A stretch of DNA of 64,000 bases from Thermoplasmata archaeon. Its GTDB lineage: Archaea > Thermoplasmatota > Thermoplasmata > Thermoplasmatales > GCA-001856825. Both the position numbers and the translations under genes were made by a program. Within the stretch, counting starts at the first letter, position 1, and the number at the start of each line of letters is the position of its first letter. Of the stretch, positions 1 through 7,798 are shown one piece after another. The stretch spans positions 264 to 64,263 of the forward strand of contig JAJYMI010000076.1 of NCBI GenBank assembly GCA_021787125.1. The letters run 5' to 3'. Below the pieces are notes generated by a model. The model did no database searches. It saw nothing but the letters and a program-made list of their open reading frames with translations, and was not told the DNA's origin.

Positions 1-733
1 AATTCATGTTGGGTATCCCCGCAGCCCTTCCCCTCTCTCTTATGAAGTTTCTCAGGCTCTCGGGCTCGTATCTCTTGACTATAGTCTCCCCTTTCTTTGG
101 ATGAGTGACGCACGTAAACAATCCCTTGTCTCCCCTGTTCGTTGGGGTCAGTCTGTCCGTCCTTATGAATTTGAGAATGAAATCTATGGCCTCCTTTGGG
201 ACACCCACCCACCTGCTCCTTTCCTTCTTCTCGGCGTTTATGTAGATGCCACGCTTGGGGTCTATGTCGTCGACGTTTATCCTTGCAAGTTCGCCTATTC
301 TCGCTCCAGTGGTTGTCGCGACCACGAAGACGGCGGTTATGAGGGATGAATACTGCTTGTCTGCGATTTCAAGTGCGTATTTGAAAATCTTTTCTATCTC
401 ATCAGGAAGCGGTACATACTGCTGCTTGGGAGCCTGCTTCCTCTGCTTCGCAGCCACAGGGACGTTGTATCCAAGCATCTCATTGAAGTGTGTGAGAGCA
501 TACAGGCAATTCTCAATAGTTTTGGGCTTGTCTCCCCTCAGGCCGGCCATGCGTTTGTAATTCTCTATGTCCTCGGACGTTGGTCTCTCGATCGGGATCA
601 CCGTGGACAGGTAATTGAGGGATCTCACGTACCGGTCGAAGGTGCTCTTGCTGTAGGTATGATCTGTTCTCTTGTACTGGAGATAGTCCCAGAACTTCTG
701 TCTCGTCTCCTCCGGAAGTCCCGTGTCTGTCAC
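1..733 (-). CDS. Tyrosine recombinase (integrase), first ~244 codons; gene runs off the left window edge
   Basis: Own minus-strand translation from GTG 733-731 (absent from ORF track because no stop lies in the window): VTDTGLPEETRQKFWDYLQYK...VFVVATTTGARIGELARINVDDIDPKRGIYINAEKK. Carries the box-I TGxRxxEL arginine motif. GGAGGT lies 7 nt upstream, and GTGA overlaps ORF 730-1032. The + strand ORFs at 101-1024 are antisense shadows. Confidence 0.75.
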   Translation of the reverse strand, partial: MTDTGLPEETRQKFWDYLQYKRTDHTYSKSTFDRYVRSLNYLSTVIPIERPTSEDIENYKRMAGLRGDKPKTIENCLYALTHFNEMLGYNVPVAAKQRKQAPKQQYVPLPDEIEKIFKYALEIADKQYSSLITAVFVVATTTGARIGELARINVDDIDPKRGIYINAEKKERSRWVGVPKEAIDFILKFIRTDRLTPTNRGDKGLFTCVTHPKKGETIVKRYEPESLRNFIRERGRAAGIPNMN

Positions 734-1032
734 AGATCGCTTACCTCCAATTCAGCAATCCTGGCGATTTCTAGACAAACTTCCCTTTTGGTCTTTCTCT
801 TTACCCTTCTTTTCTTCCTGAGCTTGAAAAACTTGGGATCTATTTTAGGGTCACGAATTACAGGCAAAGGCTCCGTCTCCTTCACGTTTACATTTATGCT
901 GCTCTTGTCTACCGAAGTCAGGGCATCCCTGAATCTTTCCATTGCCTTCTGCCTTGCATCATCTTCATTATCTGCCTCGATTCCCTCGATGTCGAGTGTC
1001 CCGAAATGTAGCTTGCAAGAATAACAGGTCAT
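730..1032 (-). CDS. Hypothetical 100-aa protein (acidic N-half, Lys/Arg-rich C-half)
   Basis: ORF track. Its 4-nt start/stop overlaps with both neighbours indicate translational coupling. Confidence 0.5.
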   Translation of the reverse strand: MTCYSCKLHFGTLDIEGIEADNEDDARQKAMERFRDALTSVDKSSINVNVKETEPLPVIRDPKIDPKFFKLRKKRRVKRKTKREVCLEIARIAELEVSDL

Positions 1033-1529
1033 TGTATTCTGCCCTCATTTGGGGCAACAATCTGGGGGAATTTCACTCCTGCAGATTGAAGGGCAGGCTC
1101 AATAACTTCGACTATCGTCCTTTCCCTTCCCTCCGAATCCTTCACAAGTATGTCAGCAAGGAACTCTTCCCTGACATCTCTCAGACCAAACGCAATCGAT
1201 TCCAGCTTGGTTTTGAGATAATGCTCAAACAGAGCCAGAGATTGTGCCCAGTTCTTTCCCTGCTTTATCTCAGATTTCCCCAACTTCTCGTTCCAGACAC
1301 GATGTCCTGCTATGAACAATGGAGCCACTAACTTAATTCCGATTGCTGATCCGTACTCCTGTTCAATGATGAACTTCAACTCTATCCGGTCAGAATCCCA
1401 GTCCTTAGTCCACTGTGATTTCGTGATTCCGTAGTCCCTAAGCATCTTGTCTATCTTTATGAATCTCTGCTCGGCTGACACTTCTGTTCCGTTGTACGGC
1501 AAAGTCTTCCTGCTGTGTTTGAATGTCAT
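1029..1529 (-). CDS. Hypothetical 166-aa protein
   Basis: ORF track. ATGA overlap at 1526-1529 with a small upstream ORF. Confidence 0.55.
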   Translation of the reverse strand: MTFKHSRKTLPYNGTEVSAEQRFIKIDKMLRDYGITKSQWTKDWDSDRIELKFIIEQEYGSAIGIKLVAPLFIAGHRVWNEKLGKSEIKQGKNWAQSLALFEHYLKTKLESIAFGLRDVREEFLADILVKDSEGRERTIVEVIEPALQSAGVKFPQIVAPNEGRIQ

Positions 1530-1675
1530 GCCATTGCCTCCGTCTTCTTCATCAGGCTAAAGATTCCAGTAAGCTCCTCATCCAGAACTTTAGTTCCGGT
1601 ACTGTCAAACCTATCGAAATCAAAATCCCTTGAGTAGAGCAATTTCCCTTTCTTGGTTGCGGAAATCGTTATCAT
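1526..1675 (-). CDS. Small ORF, 49 aa (MITISATKKGKLLYSRDFDFDRFDSTGTKVLDEELTGIFSLMKKTEAMA)
   Basis: Own translation, below the ORF-track size cutoff. It exactly fills the gap between ORFs 1680-2120 and 1029-1529 and ends in an ATGA overlap. Confidence 0.3.
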   Translation of the reverse strand: MITISATKKGKLLYSRDFDFDRFDSTGTKVLDEELTGIFSLMKKTEAMA

Positions 1676-1679
1676 CGAT

Positions 1680-2120
1680 TCACCTAGACTTTTCGAAATG
1701 TTTGGATTTCAGATTGTAGTAGTACCCTTCCTTCTTCATGTCTGAGACACAGCCTTCCCAGTTCTCGATGAACTTCTTGCCTTTGAATCCAATGTCATCT
1801 CCCACCAATCCGTACTTCTTGATTGTGGCATCAAGGGAGTTAATGGGGGTTTGCTGACCAGTTGTTCCATCGGTTTGACCTTTTTGGTGATCTTGAGAAC
1901 TTGAAGATTTGGGAGATTGTGTTAGATCAATCGTCTCATTAGAATGGCTTGATACATCACTTGACTTTCCCAGTCCATTCTTTTCTTCTGATAGACCATA
2001 AGGGACCAACAGTTTGTCCAATATCCTATCTTTCAGACGGTCGCTTATAGGTTTATCGTCGAGGTAGAGGGCTACTTCAACTGCGTGATCTGAGTATTTC
2101 TTCTCTCCGTCTGAAATCAT
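1680..2120 (-). CDS. Hypothetical 146-aa protein with Ser/Thr/Gln-rich linker
   Basis: ORF track. Co-directional with the packed operon. Confidence 0.5.
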   Translation of the reverse strand: MISDGEKKYSDHAVEVALYLDDKPISDRLKDRILDKLLVPYGLSEEKNGLGKSSDVSSHSNETIDLTQSPKSSSSQDHQKGQTDGTTGQQTPINSLDATIKKYGLVGDDIGFKGKKFIENWEGCVSDMKKEGYYYNLKSKHFEKSR

Positions 2121-2281
2121 TCTTTCACCCCGTGAATGAAGTCTATTACGAATAGCTCCAGATCCCTTTCACAATCATCGCATAGCTCTATTTTCATTAT
2201 GTTTCCGAGTGCCACGGCATAAATTTTCTCTACAGCCTTACCACATTTGTCACAGATCAAAGTTCCATTTCTTTCAACCAT
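2117..2281 (-). CDS. Small zinc-ribbon protein, 54 aa (CDKC...CDDC)
   Basis: Own translation: MVERNGTLICDKCGKAVEKIYAVALGNIMKIELCDDCERDLELFVIDFIHGVKE. GGAGGG lies 8 nt upstream of ATG 2281. ATGA overlap with ORF 1680-2120. Confidence 0.45.
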   Translation of the reverse strand: MVERNGTLICDKCGKAVEKIYAVALGNIMKIELCDDCERDLELFVIDFIHGVKE

Positions 2282-2320
2282 TTATAAACCCTCCTTTATT
2301 CTGGAGGGGAAGGACGGATT

Positions 2321-2486
2321 CTTGGAAGTGCCAAAAAGGCTAGGAATTGGTCCCCCTTCCCCATATAGTGGCAGACTTGCAGTACTTTTCACCTTTTCCA
2401 TGTTCGCACTTCCAATATAGAATATATGGGAAGGAAGTATAAATATATTCTGACTTGGAAGTCGAAAGTCAGAGTATATATTCTAT
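2321..2486. promoter_or_regulatory. Divergent control region with repeated candidate operator motifs
   Basis: TTGGAAGTSC occurs at 2321-2332 (+), 2406-2415 (inverted) and 2454-2464 (+). ATATATTCT(AT) occurs at 2443-2451 and 2476-2486, with an inverted copy at 2417-2427. Hairpin CTGACTT..AAGTCAG at ~2450-2472. Confidence 0.35.
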
Positions 2487-2506
2487 GTTGTTAATCAGAA
2501 GATGGA

Positions 2507-2779
2507 ATGGGGAAGATATACTCCTTGGAAAAGCAGTCTGGAATACTCAGGCTACTAGTGTTCTTGATGGAACATGGGGAGTATTTGCTATCGGATATCT
2601 GGGATGAGGCTGGAATAAGTATCAATCAAGGGTACAAGGCACTAGAGAAAGCAAGGGATCTCGGCTTGATCAGCACCAAAACGGATAATTCCAAGTATCC
2701 TCCAAGGAATTTGATTTCCCTTACACAGAAGGGGAAGAAAATAGCAACTAAACTGAAGGATATAGAAGAGACCCTATAG
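2507..2779 (+). CDS. Small winged-helix (wHTH) transcription regulator, 90 aa
   Basis: Size and pattern are typical of archaeal wHTH proteins: LRLLVFLMEHGEYLLSDIWDEAGISINQGYKALEKARDLGLIS...LISLTQKGKKIA. Assignment is by motif recognition only. Confidence 0.65.
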   Translation: MGKIYSLEKQSGILRLLVFLMEHGEYLLSDIWDEAGISINQGYKALEKARDLGLISTKTDNSKYPPRNLISLTQKGKKIATKLKDIEETL

Positions 2780-2846
2780 TGAAGATACCAGAAAAACCTC
2801 GTACCAACAGAAGAATTCTTTAACTTCAATCTCATTATTTCATTGA

Positions 2847-2881
2847 CCGAGGGCCTCTTGGCCCCTCCTAAGGGTCCCCGG
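2847..2881. repeat. Hairpin element copy A (CCG-stem, loop with TCTTGGCCCCT core)
   Basis: Arms 2847-2855 and 2873-2881 pair (9 bp with one A.C and one G.U). The 11-nt core at 2856-2866 is identical to the cores in copies B and C. Confidence 0.5.
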
Positions 2882-2896
2882 TACTACGCAGAGTTT

Positions 2897-3121
2897 TCAG
2901 ATTAGTTCAAGTTCTTTCATTAGATCCTTGGCTCTTTCGCTTGCAATCCTGGTGATGATGAAGCTACACTTCTCATTCATCAAAGTGATTAGTTCTTCCC
3001 GTGTTTTTGTTTCCTCAACAGCTCTTCTAAACACCGCACAGTCAAGGTCAAACTGATCCTTTCTCCCGGCCACATATTCTTTCTTTATCTTGTTCCAAAA
3101 ATCTGAATCGTTTATATCCAA
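2897..3121 (-). CDS. Small conserved protein, 74 aa (paralog of ORF 10790-11047)
   Basis: C-terminus FIITRIASERAKDLMKELELI matches FVITKISNERVDELMEELELI at 13/21 residues. Similarity extends over ~62 aa. Confidence 0.55.
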   Translation of the reverse strand: MDINDSDFWNKIKKEYVAGRKDQFDLDCAVFRRAVEETKTREELITLMNEKCSFIITRIASERAKDLMKELELI

Positions 3122-3212
3122 GATAAACCCTCCCGGGCTCTCAGTCTTAGCGGCTACATATAGTTTCTGCGGCTGTTATCGGATGGATAATGTAAAAGTC
3201 GACTGGAACTGA

Positions 3213-3333
3213 GACGAAATAAAAGTTAAGTATCCTCTGATTATATAATTGAGGGAATATGATCTCTTTAACTGACAAAGGCGAGAAAGTTGCAAAGCTG
3301 TTGAAGGAGATTGAAGAAGTGCTGGAGGGGTGA
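3213..3333 (+). pseudogene. Decayed copy of the wHTH regulator gene (C-terminal remnant with stops and a frameshift)
   Basis: DEIKVKYPLII*, then a frame shift to MISLTDKGEKVAKLLKEIEEVLEG* (3259-3333). Compare SKYPPRNLISLTQKGKKIATKLKDIEETL of ORF 2507-2779. Confidence 0.5.
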
Positions 3334-3427
3334 GAAATTGACAAGAATAGATTCTAATGCAGACCTCGTAAATCTGCAACAACCAGATTATGAAATAGGA
3401 CTGACACTCTTGAATTTGAAGCAGAGG

Positions 3428-6400
3428 ATGAGTCCGCAACAGAATGGAAAACAACTAGTAGATTCAGTCAAGATAGAGAGGAGAGATAAAGAAGAAATCA
3501 ACCCAACTATCAGTAAGAACTCGCTGACTGGAGTGAACAAGACAATAGCGGACCTACTTCCGAATATATCAATGTTTATGGAGTTTCAGGTTGATTCGTG
3601 GAATTTCATCAATCAGTTATATTCTAACAAGACAAAAGAAGCTTTGATTGTATCAGCACCAACGGGATTTGGGAAGACAGAGGCAGTTATACCAACCATA
3701 ATCAATCACATTTCAAATACTGAAGGAATAGCTATATTGATATTTCCGAGAAGGGCATTGCTCCTTGATCAACTCAAGAGACTTGCAGGTTATAATTTTC
3801 CGCAAGGATCTATAAGGATAGGAATGCAAATGGATGGCATAAATGGGTTACTCGAGTGGACTATATACAATGAAAAGCAAAAGAACATTTCAATAAGAAA
3901 TTTCCCTCACATTCCTCCTCAAATAGACCCTAAGAAACATTTCAATTATCATTTTGAAACAGAGCTGCTGTCTGTTGATTATCTTTCTGGGGATAAGGAT
4001 AGGGTAAAACTTAGCTTCATCAAGTGTGGCTGCGGAGGTGATTTGTACCAAGATGTCTTTTTCCGTTCGGTTGGTGTAACGCTAGGTCTTGGAAGGCGGG
4101 ATCAACACAGTTCATTTATAGGAAGTTCAACCAACACTACGTGGACGTGCGAGAACTGCTCTCGGAACTACTCGGTTTCGATATCTAGAAATGAGCACAT
4201 AGTTCTGAAACCAAACCTGATATTCACAACCATAGACTCTTTGCCTTCATTGTTTTCTGATCCAGAGATAAGAGATGACCTAATTGGCAAGCCAATAACC
4301 GTAGTCTTGGACGAGATTCATGTGTATTATGGTTCATACGGAGCTCACGCCGCTTCGATATTGTCCCAGCTTGCTTCAAGGGTTGGAGGTAACATCACTA
4401 GCGTTGGTTTAAGTGCAACAATTGATAAACCAAGAGAATTTGGCAAGAAAGTATTTGGTAAGGACACTGTGGTGATCTCACCTAAGCAAGGTGATAAGAG
4501 TATTATCAAAGACGCTGAGACCTATTATTTTATTAAGAGCGCAAGTGACACCAAAAAATCGGGGGAATTTTACTCGTTGAAATCTCAAGCAATGATACAG
4601 TTTGGCTTGCTATCTGCATCGTCTGTCCTGAATCAAAACAAAACCATGCTAGCATTTATGGATTCAATTGACGCTGTGAGTCTTCTCCAACGTCAAACAG
4701 AGGACGCATACAACTATCCGTCTAAAAGGCTCCACCACTTCAGGCTTGATGGACTGACCTCTGATAATATGGTTTACAATCAACAGACTTGTTCAGGATT
4801 TAATCCCGGTACCTGTGAAGTCAATTGCACTATCCACGAAGCAGGTGAATGCTGGAACATACTACGTAACTCATCCTCGGTCACAACTCCTCAGAGAATA
4901 TCAATAAACTCTGTATGGGCTTCAGCACTTCCAGATAGGACTACGCTTGGTAATTCACACATCATATATTCCACTTCAGAGCTCGAACTCGGAATAGACC
5001 TACCGCATGTTGAGCAATTAGTCCAATATGGAGCTCCGTACACAATTTTCAATTATTTACAAAGGAAGGGTAGAGCAGGTAGAACCCCCGGGAGTAAGCC
5101 GAGTTTCTATTTTATTCTTGGAGATAAGTCGAACGATTTTGTATACTTTTCTCACGGAAGAAACATACTTAATAGGATGTACATGCTGCCTCTAAACACT
5201 GAAAATAGAGTAGTTAAGGATATACACAGGATGCTTAATGAGACATACGACGAGAGTATAAATGAATACCAAAGAATTACTACCAATCAGACTGTTCAAC
5301 TAACCTATGTCAGAAAATTCAGGTCCTCTTGGTATGCCGTCCTATCAAAAATTTCTACAGACTTCTCCAATTTCCTATCTAACAACCTGGGAATAAATCT
5401 TCAAACAATTGTTACAATAGCAGATTACCCCGGAATGAAAGACTTTAAGCGGGACAAAGGAGATCTGATAGATCAGTTTCTTGTAACTAAACAAAACGAA
5501 TTAAATGATCTCTTGATGGATGGTCAATCACCGCTTCGCTATTTGGAGGAAGAAAAGCAAAAACTTCTTGACAAAATCGAAGTTTCGACTATAAATAATA
5601 ATGATAAAGTGCTGTTGAAACAGAGAATAGAAACGGTGATTGGAGATGTGTTAGTAGACATGGGTACACCTACAGCACAAAGAAATCCGACAGCCGAAAG
5701 ACAACATCAAGTTGACCTTCTTCAGGTTCTATATAATATTGGTATCCAGTACTTAGGGTCTGAATTAGGGGAGGCCTCCTCAGAGTTCCATGCTGCTGTT
5801 CATAGAGTAGCCACGGTAAATCAAACGCTGGTCAACGGACAGCAAAGAATCAGGGAGTTGTTCTTCTTGGTTCAAACAATGAATGAACTTGGAGATGCGG
5901 TAAACAGATCACTATCATCCGAAATAATAAAATATGTATATCGTGCCCAGCACTTCTATGATCTTTCATCACAAAGTTCAGCTTTTACTATTACATCTCC
6001 GCTTCCGTCTCCACTTCCGCCTACAAATTTGTTCTCCACTTCCTCTAGAGAAGTTTTGGTGCTCTCGGGAAGAGGTGCTGATACAGGGGAAGCGAGAGAC
6101 ATCAAAGAAGTAATTTACAAATACTTCCCGTTTCGTCTAAATGAAGTGGGGGCCCCTGGCTCGAAGAAACTTGTACAACCAAGAGTGGAAAGAAATAATG
6201 GAAGTTATCAGTTCGAGCCACGTGAATATTTGGATGGGTTATTATTCCGAGCGCAACGGCAACAGAGACAGGTACTACTGCCTATGAGTGCTGTAACCGA
6301 GTCGATACAAGATGACGGAGTTAACGGAATAGTTTCATTTTGTGACCAGTGTTTAGTTCTTCAGGATTATAGCAGAGATTACTGTAGGGAGTGCAGACAG

Positions 6401-7354
6401 CCTCTTTCTAAAGTCAGAGCTTATGCATCTCCAATTGTCGAAGTAAAGGTTAACGATATGGGAGGCATTTCTGCGCCTATCAGATCAATGAGTTATGGGA
6501 AGTCCACGGATGTGATGATTACCTTGAACGGAGTTGAGCTTAATTTGAGGTATCAACGTTTTGATCAAACGAACGGAGAATACATGCCTTCCAGCAGAGG
6601 AGAGACTTTTCAGATAAACGCAACTATTCCCTACGGATACATGGTGAACACTCACTCTATTGAAATCCAAATTCCTCAAATGAAGATTGCTGATTTGATT
6701 TCAAACTTTAGAAATTTGAATCAAAACAGACAAATTACTACGAGTGACGTGCTTCACACACTCGCTCATCTCTGGGTAAAGACTGTTTCATTAAGTACGG
6801 GAATAACTGATGAATATTTTGCCTATAGAGTTAATGATAACGATCAATCCCCCTCTATCGTAGTCAGTGAATTTCAAGAGGGTGGAGCGGGTTATCTTGA
6901 AATCTTCGCAGATTTAATCAGTAAATCTACAAACAGCGTGCTAGACAACATGCACTCTCTAACAAATTGCGCAGAACACAATAGGATTTCTACTGATGTG
7001 GTGACCCAGCAGATAGCTAACGAAATGCAAAATTTGGATTTTAGATCCACATTTAGGTTATCCAAGAAAGACCAACTTGTTCGGGAAATAAGTGGACGCC
7101 TTAATCTTCAAGATGGGGAAGTAATAGACCATTTTCCAACTTGTTACGACGGCTGTCCGTACTGTATAGGTCTCTCAGGGTGCGAGCAAGGCGTAGAAGA
7201 GCAATTCGACAATTTAAGCCTACAGGTAGCACGAGACTACGTAAATTCTCTGGTGATTACAACTAATGACCAAAATAAGGCAGCGTCATTGGTTGCGAAC
7301 GGAGGAATATTAGTCAGATCAGGGGGAGGTCAATTTGGAATCTTCCTTCTATAA
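3428..7354 (+). CDS. Superfamily-2 DExH helicase of the COG1205 type with C-terminal DUF1998/MrfA-type zinc module
   Basis: Helicase motifs: I APTGFGKTE (3653-3682), PRRALLLDQ, II VVLDEIHVYYG (DEIH at 4310-4321), SAT, and VI QRKGRAGR (5060-5083). C-terminal module: HTLAHLW...EGGAGY...CYDGCPYC (7142). The ORF track starts at TTG 3311, but 3311-3333 overlaps the wHTH remnant, so ATG 3428 (preceded by GCAGAGG) is preferred. Confidence 0.85.
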   Translation: MSPQQNGKQLVDSVKIERRDKEEINPTISKNSLTGVNKTIADLLPNISMFMEFQVDSWNFINQLYSNKTKEALIVSAPTGFGKTEAVIPTIINHISNTEGIAILIFPRRALLLDQLKRLAGYNFPQGSIRIGMQMDGINGLLEWTIYNEKQKNISIRNFPHIPPQIDPKKHFNYHFETELLSVDYLSGDKDRVKLSFIKCGCGGDLYQDVFFRSVGVTLGLGRRDQHSSFIGSSTNTTWTCENCSRNYSVSISRNEHIVLKPNLIFTTIDSLPSLFSDPEIRDDLIGKPITVVLDEIHVYYGSYGAHAASILSQLASRVGGNITSVGLSATIDKPREFGKKVFGKDTVVISPKQGDKSIIKDAETYYFIKSASDTKKSGEFYSLKSQAMIQFGLLSASSVLNQNKTMLAFMDSIDAVSLLQRQTEDAYNYPSKRLHHFRLDGLTSDNMVYNQQTCSGFNPGTCEVNCTIHEAGECWNILRNSSSVTTPQRISINSVWASALPDRTTLGNSHIIYSTSELELGIDLPHVEQLVQYGAPYTIFNYLQRKGRAGRTPGSKPSFYFILGDKSNDFVYFSHGRNILNRMYMLPLNTENRVVKDIHRMLNETYDESINEYQRITTNQTVQLTYVRKFRSSWYAVLSKISTDFSNFLSNNLGINLQTIVTIADYPGMKDFKRDKGDLIDQFLVTKQNELNDLLMDGQSPLRYLEEEKQKLLDKIEVSTINNNDKVLLKQRIETVIGDVLVDMGTPTAQRNPTAERQHQVDLLQVLYNIGIQYLGSELGEASSEFHAAVHRVATVNQTLVNGQQRIRELFFLVQTMNELGDAVNRSLSSEIIKYVYRAQHFYDLSSQSSAFTITSPLPSPLPPTNLFSTSSREVLVLSGRGADTGEARDIKEVIYKYFPFRLNEVGAPGSKKLVQPRVERNNGSYQFEPREYLDGLLFRAQRQQRQVLLPMSAVTESIQDDGVNGIVSFCDQCLVLQDYSRDYCRECRQPLSKVRAYASPIVEVKVNDMGGISAPIRSMSYGKSTDVMITLNGVELNLRYQRFDQTNGEYMPSSRGETFQINATIPYGYMVNTHSIEIQIPQMKIADLISNFRNLNQNRQITTSDVLHTLAHLWVKTVSLSTGITDEYFAYRVNDNDQSPSIVVSEFQEGGAGYLEIFADLISKSTNSVLDNMHSLTNCAEHNRISTDVVTQQIANEMQNLDFRSTFRLSKKDQLVREISGRLNLQDGEVIDHFPTCYDGCPYCIGLSGCEQGVEEQFDNLSLQVARDYVNSLVITTNDQNKAASLVANGGILVRSGGGQFGIFLL

Positions 7355-7781
7355 GGGAGATTTGTCGCAGATCATTCCTACAATATATTCGCTGTCAACT
7401 CCAGGAACTTCAGTTTATGTGCTTTCTCCTTGGCTGAACATTCACGTAGAGGTCATCATACCATGGAAGAAGACAGATAATGAGAAACCTTTCATTGAAT
7501 TTGTGGTTTCCGAAAGACGAAGAGGCGTGGACAGCGTCTTCTTCGTTAGTACTATGGCTAGAGATGATAAAGAGACTCAGAGATCCATAACAGAATTGAC
7601 TGGCTTAGAGTTTAGAATCAAAGTGATTGAAAATCTTCACTCTAAAGCTGTGATTGGAAATTTGTTGATGTACAGAGGAAGTGCAAACATAACATATAAT
7701 GGGCTCTATAACAATATTGAATCCGTGACAATGACCGTTGTCAACAATCAAGAAGAGGCACTTAGGGGGCTCTTAGCATAA
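7335..7781 (+). CDS. Single-HKD phospholipase-D-family nuclease (Nuc/DrmC-like), 148 aa
   Basis: LHSKAVIGNLLMYRGSANITYNG is an HxK(x)4N(x)5GSxN motif, with H at 7638. TTG start overlaps the helicase stop by 20 nt. Confidence 0.75.
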   Translation: MESSFYKGDLSQIIPTIYSLSTPGTSVYVLSPWLNIHVEVIIPWKKTDNEKPFIEFVVSERRRGVDSVFFVSTMARDDKETQRSITELTGLEFRIKVIENLHSKAVIGNLLMYRGSANITYNGLYNNIESVTMTVVNNQEEALRGLLA

Positions 7782-7798
7782 AAAAGTGATGAAGTCAA

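Larger units (their letters stand above)
1..2281 (-). mobile_element. Right-hand end of an integrase-encoding integrated element (continues left of window)
   Basis: Six overlapped small genes end in a tyrosine recombinase. Boundaries were not determined. Confidence 0.4.

Noticed and set aside
101-1024. Three overlapping + strand ORFs (82, 104, 178 aa)
   Set aside because: They are antisense to a well-formed integrase reading frame and have low-complexity Leu/Ser/Cys-rich composition, so they are shadow ORFs.
3311-7781. Calling the helicase + PLD pair a canonical DISARM system
   Set aside because: No DrmMI/DrmMII methyltransferase and no DrmD/DrmE partner is present in the cassette. Helicase and DUF1998 are fused as in COG1205 proteins. 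It is kept as DISARM-like only.
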